Positions 1 to 9,061 of a stretch of 64,000 bases of DNA are shown here, in pieces. A program made the translations under genes and the position numbers. Source of the stretch: a virus. The stretch's first letter is position 1. Every line of letters starts with the position of its first letter. The notes beneath the pieces are model-generated. The model had not been told where the DNA came from, searched no databases, and saw only the letters and a list, made by a program, of their open reading frames with translations. The stretch is from positions 39,696 to 103,695 of IMG/VR virus record IMGVR_UViG_3300032304_000672; one strand, given 5' to 3'.

Positions 1-128
1 ATCATATTATTGATACTACAGGTGTCCATGGAATTGCAGATACATCACAATTAGCCACACTTACTACAACAAATTCCCTAAATACCCGCCTTATCTCAAT
101 TGAGCTAGGCCTAGGGATATTTGATTAA
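1..128 (+). CDS. 3' end of a virion fibre-type protein (partial, not in ORF track)
   Basis: Frame 3 is open from the window edge: HIIDTTGVHGIADTSQLATLTTTNSLNTRLISIELGLGIFD*, TAA at 126-128. The DTT-VHGIADT motif is typical of actinophage fibre proteins (recognised from memory). Confidence 0.7.
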   Translation, partial: HIIDTTGVHGIADTSQLATLTTTNSLNTRLISIELGLGIFD

Positions 129-139
129 AACTTACAGAA

Positions 140-159
140 TGCTATAATACATTAGGAGA
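140..159 (+). promoter_or_regulatory. Extended -10 promoter (TGcTATAAT) and SD (AGGAG) for fibre gene 165
   Basis: aatgctataatacattaggagaaaaaaATG. Confidence 0.65.
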
Positions 160-164
160 AAAAA

Positions 165-2075
165 ATGCCAAATTATTCAAGTTTATCAACCCAGATCGAT
201 GCGATCAAGAGCGAAATATCATCCTCTCTCGCAGCATCTGCCTATTCCGCTCAAGATCTAGTATATGTAGCCAAAGCGCTACAAGCGCTAGGTTCAGTAG
301 TTGCACCAGATGGTGTATCTAACATTACAATTAACGACAATATTTATCTTGGCACAACAGCAGAAGCGTTTGCAACCACTGCTGCACTAACAAATCCTAA
401 TTTAGTAATTACTGTGAGCAAAGATGACTACGCACAAATAGCATTTTCAAATAGATCTTCAAATGCCAATGCATCAACAGATATCATTCTTTATTCAAAT
501 AATGGTAATGACGCATCTGGTTATATTGATATGGGTATTACATCTTCTAACTTTGCCGACCCAGACTTCACAGTTACTGGAAAGGGCGATGGCTATATAT
601 TTATGGTCGGAGCAGAAGCTGGCACAACAGATAGAGGAAACCTAGTATTTGCAACTTCAAATACTGGAACACAAAACAAAATTATTTTCGCTGCAGGAGG
701 ATTGGCTTCTGATAACGAACAAATGTCGATTACTCCAGATCAGAATGTGCATATCGAAATTGACACTCCGTCTACCTCACCTACAACTGGTGCACTGACT
801 GTAGTCGGCGGAGTTGGTATTTCTGGTGACGTTAACATCGACGGAACAATTACATTTGGCGGAGCGGGAACCACAGTAGAGACTTCAAACCTTGCAGTTA
901 CAGATCCTCTTATCTTTACAGGAAATGAAAACCAAGGAGATGCACTTGACCTAGGATTTGTTGGAGAATTTGCAAATCCAATTGCAACAATTACTAAGAC
1001 GGTTTCTAACAAGGCCCTTACATCTAACGTAGCAACACTTACTACATCAACAACCCACGGATTCTCCGTCGGAGACATTGCTGTTATCACAGGAGTGGAC
1101 GCAACATTCAATGGAACTTATTATGTAAAAGCAGTTCCTACAACTACAACATTTACATTTGATAAAACTAATGCTAACGTAACTTCAGCAGCAGCAACAG
1201 GCTCAGTCTCAGTATCAGGTCAACGCAGATTTGCGGCGGTAGCAAGAGATGCCTCTGACGGAGTCATTAAATTCTTAACAAACATTACAACAAAGCCTAC
1301 AACTACAATTAACTTTGCGGAGGCAGGAACAGTATACGCAGACATACTAGTAGATGATATTACAGCAGATGCAATTACTGCAACATCAGCCACAATTGGC
1401 GATGTATCAAATACAGAGCTACAGTATCTCAATAACGTATCTTCAAATATTCAAACACAGTTAGATGCTAAACTAGCATCAGCAACAGCGGCAACAACAT
1501 ATGCCCCTATTGCTTCTCCAACATTAACTGGAACACCATTATCAACAACAGCGGCAGTAGATACAAATACAACTCAAATTGCTACAACAGCATATGTAGT
1601 TGGACAAGGATATCTAAAGTCTGCTACAGCATCTTCAACATATGCACCATTAACAAATGCTAACCTTGTTAGCCCAGTTCTACAGTCTCCAGAAGAAGTA
1701 ATTACAGTAGCTGCAACTGCAGCAACTGGCACAATTAACGTAGATCTCGCAACATCTGCAATTCATTATTACACTGCAAACTCTTCAGCAGACTGGACAT
1801 TTAATTTTAGAGGAAATGGATCAACAACATTAAACTCTATGCTAAATGTTGGCGGAACAATATCAGTAGCATTTATGATTACAAATGGTGCTACTCCATA
1901 TAAGCCAGCAGCAACATCAGTTCAAGTAGATGGAGTTACAGTTACTCCTAAATGGAACGGTGGAACGGCACCTTCTACAGGAAATGCTAACTCAATAGAC
2001 GTTTATACATTTACAATTATTAAAACAGCATCAGCAACATATACTGTTCTTGGAACACAATCTAAGTTTGCATAG
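165..2075 (+). CDS. Virion fibre protein, paralog 1
   Basis: Thr/Ala/Ser-rich. Shares a core (YIDMGITS, GYIFM, NKIIFAAGG, NVHIEI.TPST...TGALTVVGGVG, RDASDG) with 5242 and 9062. Has an ~70-aa E1-FCCH-like module and a C-terminal 'W.GG.AP...N.ID.YTF' domain. Confidence 0.75.
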   Translation: MPNYSSLSTQIDAIKSEISSSLAASAYSAQDLVYVAKALQALGSVVAPDGVSNITINDNIYLGTTAEAFATTAALTNPNLVITVSKDDYAQIAFSNRSSNANASTDIILYSNNGNDASGYIDMGITSSNFADPDFTVTGKGDGYIFMVGAEAGTTDRGNLVFATSNTGTQNKIIFAAGGLASDNEQMSITPDQNVHIEIDTPSTSPTTGALTVVGGVGISGDVNIDGTITFGGAGTTVETSNLAVTDPLIFTGNENQGDALDLGFVGEFANPIATITKTVSNKALTSNVATLTTSTTHGFSVGDIAVITGVDATFNGTYYVKAVPTTTTFTFDKTNANVTSAAATGSVSVSGQRRFAAVARDASDGVIKFLTNITTKPTTTINFAEAGTVYADILVDDITADAITATSATIGDVSNTELQYLNNVSSNIQTQLDAKLASATAATTYAPIASPTLTGTPLSTTAAVDTNTTQIATTAYVVGQGYLKSATASSTYAPLTNANLVSPVLQSPEEVITVAATAATGTINVDLATSAIHYYTANSSADWTFNFRGNGSTTLNSMLNVGGTISVAFMITNGATPYKPAATSVQVDGVTVTPKWNGGTAPSTGNANSIDVYTFTIIKTASATYTVLGTQSKFA

Positions 2076-2084
2076 GGGGACTAA

Positions 2085-2948
2085 GTGCCAATAATTACAA
2101 CAATACGTGGCAATCTTAGGCCATTCGGTAAAAGAGCTACATTTTTAAGAGATTCAACAGGTGGAGATATTTCTACCGCTGGTTCTTATAGAGTACATAC
2201 TTTTTCCAGCATTGGCACTACAACTTTTAATGCAGGCGCAAATGGATCTGTAGAGGTTTTAGTTTTAGCTGGAGGAGGCTCTGGTGGCCCAGGCCAACCA
2301 GGATTTTGGGAAATTGGCGGTGGCGGTGGAGCAGGAGGATTAATTTATAATTCATCTGTTTCTGTTTCAGAAGGACCAATTACGGTTACAGTAGGAGACG
2401 GAGGGCTTGGTAAATCTGGCAATACAGGCGATGACCCAGGACTACCTGGACAAAACTCAGTATTCGGATCACTAACAGCAATTGGAGGCGGCGGAGGAGC
2501 AGCTAATTATTCAAGTACCAACCCAGCTTATGTTCCTTATATGAATGGAGGCTCAGGTGGTGGAGGACAAGGTAACTTTGCATCAGTCAGAGGATTAGGT
2601 ACTTCAGGACAAGGAAACAACGGAGGATTTTCTACAGCAAATGCAGATAACTCTGGCGCAGGCGGAGGAGGCGGAGCAGGAGCCGTTGGCAACAATGCTT
2701 CAGGCAACAGTGGCGGATCAGGTGGATCAGGTTTATCAGTATTTGGTACAACTTACGCAGGCGGAGGAGGAGGTTCACATTCTTCAAGTGGGAGTGGAAG
2801 TATGGGCGGAGGAGGCTCAGGAGGAGGCGGAGCAGGCGGAAACAACAATGGGACAGATGGACTCGGCGGTGGTGGCGGAGGAAATCGTGTTGGAAATAGA
2901 TCTGGCGACGGCGGATCTGGAGTAGTTATAGTAAGGTATATACCTTAG
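2085..2948 (+). CDS. Glycine-rich (polyglycine-II type) virion tip/adhesin protein 1, GTG start
   Basis: YRVHTF...VLVLAGGGSGG...GGGGGAGG...GGSGVVIVRY scaffold, with poly-Gly motifs separated by variable loops. Confidence 0.7.
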   Translation: MPIITTIRGNLRPFGKRATFLRDSTGGDISTAGSYRVHTFSSIGTTTFNAGANGSVEVLVLAGGGSGGPGQPGFWEIGGGGGAGGLIYNSSVSVSEGPITVTVGDGGLGKSGNTGDDPGLPGQNSVFGSLTAIGGGGGAANYSSTNPAYVPYMNGGSGGGGQGNFASVRGLGTSGQGNNGGFSTANADNSGAGGGGGAGAVGNNASGNSGGSGGSGLSVFGTTYAGGGGGSHSSSGSGSMGGGGSGGGGAGGNNNGTDGLGGGGGGNRVGNRSGDGGSGVVIVRYIP

Positions 2949-2951
2949 ATT

Positions 2952-3671
2952 TTAGTTAAATCTTTTTTTAACCCAATGATTTTTTTTATACCCACCCCAA
3001 AAATGTTTTCTTAATTTTTGTACGTAATGGGTTTGAGCATCTTCGTTATACTCATTAGACTCAGATCGCCACTCGTCCCTTTTAAAAGGAATTATTTGAT
3101 ACATAGGCGTTCCTATTGGAATAATCCCAGTAAAATTATTTTTTAATAAAAACGGAAGATTAGATCCTTCTTGAGATTGATTATAAGTATCACAATCAAT
3201 AATCCCAGATAAAGTATAAAAAGGTAAATCTGTTCTATTAAGTGGATGGGTTATAATAGCAGAGTAGCCTTTAGGAAGTTCTGGAATCCATACTGGATGC
3301 CACATCAATTCAAATTGATAGTACTCTGAAGGTATTGGAAGCTTATGTTTTCCTTGATTTCTAACCCCCATAATATCAGGCTTTGTTGGATATTGATAAG
3401 CAAATGCTTTCTGCTGATTGCCATTGTCATTTAATGATATATTTATCTCTTGCCAGGTTTCCTGGATATATCCCATAGATAAAGAGTCTAAAAATGGCAT
3501 ACACATTTTAATTGTTCTATCTGTGGTTCCAGAGCTATCAAAACTAGGCTTGCCATTTTGAAAAGCTGGTATATCCTTATACCAATCTGGCAAATACTCT
3601 CTAGATGGCCTAGGAGCTTTTACAGAAAGCTCAGTAAGCTTACTTACCGCATTAAACTTAATAATTTGCAT
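2952..3671 (-). CDS. Conserved phage protein, possible dUTPase-like beta-clip fold (DUF6065-like)
   Basis: Motifs LPDWYK, TIKMCMPFLD, PKGYS.IITHPLNR.DLPF..LSGIID.D, GTP.YQIIPFKR. It is the only convincing minus-strand gene in the window. Confidence 0.6.
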   Translation of the reverse strand: MQIIKFNAVSKLTELSVKAPRPSREYLPDWYKDIPAFQNGKPSFDSSGTTDRTIKMCMPFLDSLSMGYIQETWQEINISLNDNGNQQKAFAYQYPTKPDIMGVRNQGKHKLPIPSEYYQFELMWHPVWIPELPKGYSAIITHPLNRTDLPFYTLSGIIDCDTYNQSQEGSNLPFLLKNNFTGIIPIGTPMYQIIPFKRDEWRSESNEYNEDAQTHYVQKLRKHFWGGYKKNHWVKKRFN

Positions 3672-3697
3672 TTTTGCTCTTTTCTGAATAGTATAGT

Positions 3698-3740
3698 AAA
3701 CTATATCATATAGACCTTATAATTTCAATACCTGGAGGAA
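3698..3740. promoter_or_regulatory. Back-to-back divergent -10 elements
   Basis: Minus strand TGaTATAGT (complement of 3700-3708). Plus strand TATAAT at 3718-3723, followed by GGAGG before ATG 3743. Confidence 0.45.
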
Positions 3741-3742
3741 GC

Positions 3743-4243
3743 ATGTTAAACGTAACAAAAAATTTTTTATCAGAAAGCCATATTAATATCATATCAAAAC
3801 ATCAATCCTTAAATTCATTTTCAGCCACCCAGTCCGAAGATTTTGAAACAATTAAAGAGATAATTAGTCTAATAAAGAATAAAATTAATATAGATTTTTC
3901 TACTCTGGACCTATACCTTGAAAATGTGGGAATTAAAACAAATTTTGCTGGAGAATCTATCCCATTGCACTATGATGCTAGCGGCATCACCCTAGGCAGA
4001 AGAGAATATGCAGCACATCTTTATTTAAATAATGATTTTACTGGGGGAGAGATTTGCTATCCAAATCAAGAATTTAATGAAAAGCCAGAATGCAACACCC
4101 TAATTATATTCCCTACTACAGAAGAATACTCTCATGAAATGAAGACAATCCTTTCTGGCGAAAGAAGAGTAATGCTAATTCATTTTACTAGCAATAAAGA
4201 CCTAGCCTATACCCACAACATGGCTGGATATAGCTCAATCTAG
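3743..4243 (+). CDS. 2OG-Fe(II) oxygenase, prolyl-4-hydroxylase-like
   Basis: HxD (LHYD), YLNNDFTGGE, distal H (YSHE) and R (SGERR) facial-triad and 2OG-binding motifs. Confidence 0.85.
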   Translation: MLNVTKNFLSESHINIISKHQSLNSFSATQSEDFETIKEIISLIKNKINIDFSTLDLYLENVGIKTNFAGESIPLHYDASGITLGRREYAAHLYLNNDFTGGEICYPNQEFNEKPECNTLIIFPTTEEYSHEMKTILSGERRVMLIHFTSNKDLAYTHNMAGYSSI

Positions 4244-4283
4244 ACAGATGCAAATTTATCAAATATCGAGTATAATGTAAATT

Positions 4284-4655
4284 ATGGCTATCTCAAGACT
4301 AGCAACATCTAATCCAGCATCCAATACAGATATACTTTTGTATACTGGATCAAGAACTATTCTATCTTCAGTTATTGCTACAAATAAATCTTCAGATCCC
4401 GCCACAATTAGAGTATGGGTTGTCCCATTAGATCAGGATGCAACTGCTGCAAATCATGTATTTATTTCTTACAATGTATCAATTGGCGGAAACAACAGTC
4501 TTGAAACTTTTAGATTTCCAGTTTTAACTGGAGATAAAGTTTATGTGCGGGCATCAACAGCAGATATTTCATTTAGCCTTTCAGGTATAGATGATACAAC
4601 AGTTACTGGGCTTGAGTATGCGACCTTAGAGGCGCTTATTCTGGGCTTGGCATAG
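4284..4655 (+). CDS. Small beta-rich virion adaptor protein with hydrophobic C-terminal tail
   Basis: Homologous by eye to 10554 (LY...SS...N......IR.......A.NH....Y.V.I..N......L..GD.V.V.AS.AD.SF). Ends EALILGLA*. TATAAT lies 7 nt before ATG. Confidence 0.6.
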   Translation: MAISRLATSNPASNTDILLYTGSRTILSSVIATNKSSDPATIRVWVVPLDQDATAANHVFISYNVSIGGNNSLETFRFPVLTGDKVYVRASTADISFSLSGIDDTTVTGLEYATLEALILGLA

Positions 4656-4676
4656 GAGATATAGTATAATAACAAT

Positions 4677-4991
4677 ATGGCAAATTTCGGGAATGTAAAG
4701 TCAACTTCAGTAGGAACCTCGGCGGTAAACCTAAAGGTTGTAACTACCCCTACTCTTGTAACAGGATGTAATATTCTAAACAAGACTGGATCAACTGCCT
4801 CAATATCTCTTTATGTAACAAACACCTCAGTAGATTACTACATATTTAAAAACAAACAGATTGACGGAAATACAAATATAGAGGCAATAACAGGAAACAA
4901 GATTGTCCTAGTAAGTGGCGATACATTAAAGGCAATATCAGATGTTTCAGCCGCCTTTGATATAATTGTTTCTACATTGGACGGATTCTAA
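4677..4991 (+). CDS. Small beta-rich virion adaptor protein
   Basis: MANF...VGTS...N......V....YY..KN..I.......I.GNKIVL.SGD.L...SD....FD.IVS.L pattern, as seen in small proteins of phage fibre loci. TATAAT lies 6 nt before ATG. Confidence 0.6.
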   Translation: MANFGNVKSTSVGTSAVNLKVVTTPTLVTGCNILNKTGSTASISLYVTNTSVDYYIFKNKQIDGNTNIEAITGNKIVLVSGDTLKAISDVSAAFDIIVSTLDGF

Positions 4992-5242
4992 TGGCCACAA
5001 TATCTAACCCAAATGAGGTCTCAGACCTCAGCTTTGCAAATAACACATTTTATGGATTTAAGATTATTGCCAATACAGGCAAGTTCTACGTCCATGTAAT
5101 AAATGACGGGTCAACCGTAGAATTACCCGTAGATGACGTACTAAAAGATAATCAGTATAGAACTTGGATTTGGACCAAAAATACTGTACAATTTAGTTGG
5201 GACGGCACAAAGAAGACACACCTTAAGATGGAGATAAAATAA
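4991..5242 (+). CDS. Small virion/fibre-associated protein
   Basis: TAATG overlaps on both sides; contains an FYGF motif; 83 aa. Confidence 0.6.
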   Translation: MATISNPNEVSDLSFANNTFYGFKIIANTGKFYVHVINDGSTVELPVDDVLKDNQYRTWIWTKNTVQFSWDGTKKTHLKMEIK

Positions 5243-7659
5243 TGACACAAATTATAGATTTAGGCAAACTTAGATTTCACTGGGCAGACGCATGGAGTTC
5301 TTCCACAGAATACGAATTAAACGACGTAGTCAAATACGGTGGAAACGCATATGTTTACACAAACGCAGTAGCCACAACTAGCAACCTCCCAACTAATACC
5401 ACATATTGGAAAACAATGGTGGAAGGAATAAACTTCTTGGGTGCATACTCATCTAACACAGCATATAAGCCAGGAGACTCAGTAACACATGGTGCAAACC
5501 TTTATCTTTGCGAAAATCCATCAACTAGCAACACTCCCCCAAATGCAACATATTGGTCAAAGCTTGCAAGCGGAATTCAATATGAAGGATCATATAATGG
5601 AGGAACTCAATATGAAAAAGACGATATTGTGTCTTACGGCGGAAGCGTATATATTAGATTGCAAGATGGCGCAGGAAACCTTCCAACAGATGCTACACAT
5701 TGGGCAAAATTAGTAGACGGTACATATCCAGCACAAGCTGGCTTAACAAATTATATTTTAAAGACAGACGGTACAAACGTATCATGGACAAATGCCCCAA
5801 CATTAGATGATGCAACAATTGTTGACGATTTAATTGTAGGAGGAACAACATATGCTGGAAATGCTGCAGATAATTTTGATACTGACGCAGTATTAACTGG
5901 AGCACGAGCAGTATTTGATATGGACTCATCTCCATATGGACAGATTGCAGTACACAACTCAAACACAACTTCATCAACAGATGTTATTGCATATTCCGCA
6001 AATGGAGTAGATGCATCTGGTTGGATTGATATGGGTATCACTGGAGAAGATTTTAACCAGGCAACATTTGGAATTACAGGACCAAATGATGGATATATCT
6101 TTATGCAAGCCCCTGAAACATTTACAGAAACTGTAACAAACAAAGCATTAACAAACAACGTAGCGACACTAACTATTGGAGCAAACGACTTTAGAGTTGG
6201 AATGCCAGTAACCGTAACAGGCGTTGACGCAACATTTAACGGCACATATACAATTACAGCCAGAACATCTACAACATTTAGTTATGCAAAAACAGCATCT
6301 AACGTAACATCAACAGCGGCTTCAGGTACAGCAGTTGCTGGTAAAACAGGAGCAGGTAATTTAGTTCTTGCAACTGGCGCAAACGGTACAGATAATAAGA
6401 TTATATTTGCAGCAGGTGGATATGATTCTGGTAATGAGCAAATGAGCATTACCCCTGATGAAAACGTACATATTGAAATTGATACCCCTTCAACATCTGC
6501 TTCAACTGGAGCACTAACCGTAGTCGGAGGTGTCGGTGTACAGGGAGATATGAACGTCGCAGGAGATGTTTCTATCGTAGGTAACCTATCATTTGGCGGA
6601 GGATCAACAAGCGCAGAAAATCTAGCAGTTACAAACCCACTAGTATTCGTAGGAGATCAAAATAACGCAGATACTCAAGACTTAGGTCTTGTAGGAGAAT
6701 ATTCAGCTACAGTAACAGTTTCTACAGCTACAGTAAATAATAAAGCATTAACAAACAATGTTGCGACATTAACAACTGCAGCGGCACACAATTTCCTAGT
6801 AGGAGATAGAATAACAGTCGCTGGAGTAGATGCAACCTTCAATGGTACATATGCACTAACAGCAATTCCAACAGCCACAACATTTAGCTATGCCAAAACA
6901 GCATCAAATGTAACTTCAGCAGCAGTATCGCCAACAGGAACAGCAGATGCTGTAACTCGTAGAGAGTTTGCTGGAGCAGTAAGAGATGCCTCAGATGGAG
7001 TATTTAAATTTTTCCAGGATGCAGTCACAAAGCCATCATCCACAGTTAACTTTGCAGAGGCAGGATTAACATATGCTCCTATTAGAGTAAAAGACATTAC
7101 TGCAGATCAAATTACTGGCTCAGGAAACCTTGCAGTCGGCACAGATAAGCTAACAGTAAATGCTTCAACAGGTGCAGTTGGAATGGCTGGAGCTCTAACT
7201 ACAACAGGACTAATCACAGCAAATGGTGGACTAACTACATCAGGAGCATTAACAGTATCAGGTGGAGCAACATTTACTGGAACAACAGATGTTCAAGAAC
7301 TTCGTGAAAATGTAGTTGATGTAACATTATCTTCAAATGCAGGAACATTAGATTGGACTGCAGGAAATATTTATTATATTGCAACAGCACCAACTGGAAA
7401 CATGACTTATAACCTAACAAATCTTCCTGCAACTAATTCAAAGATTATGACCATAAACGTACTTGTTACACAAGGTGCAACTGGTTATATTCCATCTACC
7501 TTCCAAATTGGTGGAGCATCACAAACAATTCGCTGGGCTGGTGGAAGTGCACCAACCCCAACATCTTCAGCAGGAAAGATTGATATATTTAACTTTACCC
7601 TACAAAGAACTACTGCTGGGGCATGGATAGTATACGCAACATCATCCCTAAATTTCTAA
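5242..7659 (+). CDS. Virion fibre protein, paralog 2, with N-terminal CBM5/12-like repeats
   Basis: Three repeats of W/Y...T.Y...D.V.YGG..Y.......P.....YW, then the shared fibre core, two FCCH-like modules and a C-terminal 'WAGG.APT...KIDIFNF' domain. Confidence 0.75.
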   Translation: MTQIIDLGKLRFHWADAWSSSTEYELNDVVKYGGNAYVYTNAVATTSNLPTNTTYWKTMVEGINFLGAYSSNTAYKPGDSVTHGANLYLCENPSTSNTPPNATYWSKLASGIQYEGSYNGGTQYEKDDIVSYGGSVYIRLQDGAGNLPTDATHWAKLVDGTYPAQAGLTNYILKTDGTNVSWTNAPTLDDATIVDDLIVGGTTYAGNAADNFDTDAVLTGARAVFDMDSSPYGQIAVHNSNTTSSTDVIAYSANGVDASGWIDMGITGEDFNQATFGITGPNDGYIFMQAPETFTETVTNKALTNNVATLTIGANDFRVGMPVTVTGVDATFNGTYTITARTSTTFSYAKTASNVTSTAASGTAVAGKTGAGNLVLATGANGTDNKIIFAAGGYDSGNEQMSITPDENVHIEIDTPSTSASTGALTVVGGVGVQGDMNVAGDVSIVGNLSFGGGSTSAENLAVTNPLVFVGDQNNADTQDLGLVGEYSATVTVSTATVNNKALTNNVATLTTAAAHNFLVGDRITVAGVDATFNGTYALTAIPTATTFSYAKTASNVTSAAVSPTGTADAVTRREFAGAVRDASDGVFKFFQDAVTKPSSTVNFAEAGLTYAPIRVKDITADQITGSGNLAVGTDKLTVNASTGAVGMAGALTTTGLITANGGLTTSGALTVSGGATFTGTTDVQELRENVVDVTLSSNAGTLDWTAGNIYYIATAPTGNMTYNLTNLPATNSKIMTINVLVTQGATGYIPSTFQIGGASQTIRWAGGSAPTPTSSAGKIDIFNFTLQRTTAGAWIVYATSSLNF

Positions 7660-7669
7660 GGAGAAATAA

Positions 7670-8464
7670 ATGCCATTTATTAGCAGCGTAAGAGGTTCAC
7701 ATGGTGCACAAAGTAGACTGCGTGGATTTATCCCAACAATTTCAAATTCTACTGGCGGAACAATTACAAATTCTGGTGCATATAGAATACATACATTTAC
7801 TACAATTGGAAACTCAACACTTACTTTATCAGGAGCTGGAACTGTTGAGTATTTAATTCTCGCAGGCGGCGGTGGCGGCGGATCTGACGGAGATGTTGGC
7901 GGCGGAGGAGGAGCAGGAGGTCTTCTTTCTGGAAGCGTATCTCTTTCTGCAGCAAACTACACTATAACTGTAGGAGATGGAGGAATAGCAGGCAGCACTA
8001 CCGCTTGGGGTGGTTCAGATTTTTCTGGCACAGGTGCTGGAACTAATGGAACTCAAGGAAACAATTCTATTTTTAATGGTTTAACTGCAATTGGCGGAGG
8101 TTACGGAGGTACTCGTGAGGCGGCTGGAGGTAACGGTGGCTCGGGAGGCGGCGGTGGAGACAACTCTAAGCCTGGAGGCTCAGGAACAGCGGGTCAGGGA
8201 AATCGTGGTGGAGATGGACCAGGAATGAATACCCAAGGTGGGCAAGACTCAGGTGGTGGTGGTGGTGCGGGAAGCGCAGCCTCATTTAATAATCCAGGAT
8301 CAGGACTTGCAAATTCAATTTCTGGAAACTCAGTTACTTACGCTGCAGGCGGCAGAGGAATTCAGCTAAATACGGCGCAGGCTGCTGCAAACAACACTGG
8401 AAATGGTGGCCCTGGAGTTCGTAAAGGTGGATCTGGTGTAGTAATAGTTCGTTACACAATATAA
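7670..8464 (+). CDS. Glycine-rich virion tip/adhesin protein 2
   Basis: Same scaffold as 2085 (STGG.I...G.YR.HTF..IG; GGSGVVIVRY). SD AAGGAG. Confidence 0.7.
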   Translation: MPFISSVRGSHGAQSRLRGFIPTISNSTGGTITNSGAYRIHTFTTIGNSTLTLSGAGTVEYLILAGGGGGGSDGDVGGGGGAGGLLSGSVSLSAANYTITVGDGGIAGSTTAWGGSDFSGTGAGTNGTQGNNSIFNGLTAIGGGYGGTREAAGGNGGSGGGGGDNSKPGGSGTAGQGNRGGDGPGMNTQGGQDSGGGGGAGSAASFNNPGSGLANSISGNSVTYAAGGRGIQLNTAQAAANNTGNGGPGVRKGGSGVVIVRYTI

Positions 8465-8480
8465 CAGAAAAGAATTAACA

Positions 8481-8864
8481 TTGAGATTTAAATCAACACA
8501 AAATATATTTAAAGATTTTGGCGAAGTGTTTGAACAATCATGGATGGACTCTAACAAAGTTGGTATGCCACCAAAAACAGAATGGGATTATTCTCGCCAA
8601 CTACAAATTGAAGATGTAGATATTTGGGAAGTTATTTATGAACAAGGCGGAGCAGTAGGAGTATATGCTGCATGGTCTCCATATGCTGAATTCTATATGG
8701 TAAGAGTTGGCTGGCAAAAAGAAGCTGAAGGTTATGGAGTTGAAACATATTATGGTCCAGGGGCACAAAAACAAGTACAGAATAGAATGCGTGAAATGAA
8801 CATTCCTTTTAGCGTTAATCAAACATGGGTAGAGCCAGAAGATATGTGGTTATATACAAATTGA
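8481..8864 (+). CDS. Hypothetical phage protein (TTG start)
   Basis: 127-aa ORF filling the gap; aromatic-rich motifs WDYSR...IEDVDIWEVIYE...GVYAAW.PYAEFY. Confidence 0.6.
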   Translation: MRFKSTQNIFKDFGEVFEQSWMDSNKVGMPPKTEWDYSRQLQIEDVDIWEVIYEQGGAVGVYAAWSPYAEFYMVRVGWQKEAEGYGVETYYGPGAQKQVQNRMREMNIPFSVNQTWVEPEDMWLYTN

Positions 8865-8878
8865 GGTATAATTAAACC

Positions 8879-9025
8879 ATGCCTGGATACTTGACTAATA
8901 GATATATTACCTTGAACCCCGCCGCCGATGTTCAGACGGTAACAACAAGCGTAACAACCCTTGCCTCAAGAGTAACTGAGGCGGAAGCAAGCATAGATGA
9001 TCTTAGCCTTAATATAGGCGTTTAA
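8879..9025 (+). CDS. 48-aa small protein (not in ORF track)
   Basis: MPGYLTNRYITLNPAADVQTVTTSVTTLASRVTEAEASIDDLSLNIGV*. TATAAT at 8867-8872 lies 6 nt before ATG. The ORF fills the intergenic gap. Confidence 0.7.
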   Translation: MPGYLTNRYITLNPAADVQTVTTSVTTLASRVTEAEASIDDLSLNIGV

Positions 9026-9061
9026 ACCTACTTAATGCTATAATTTCAGAAGGAGATACAC

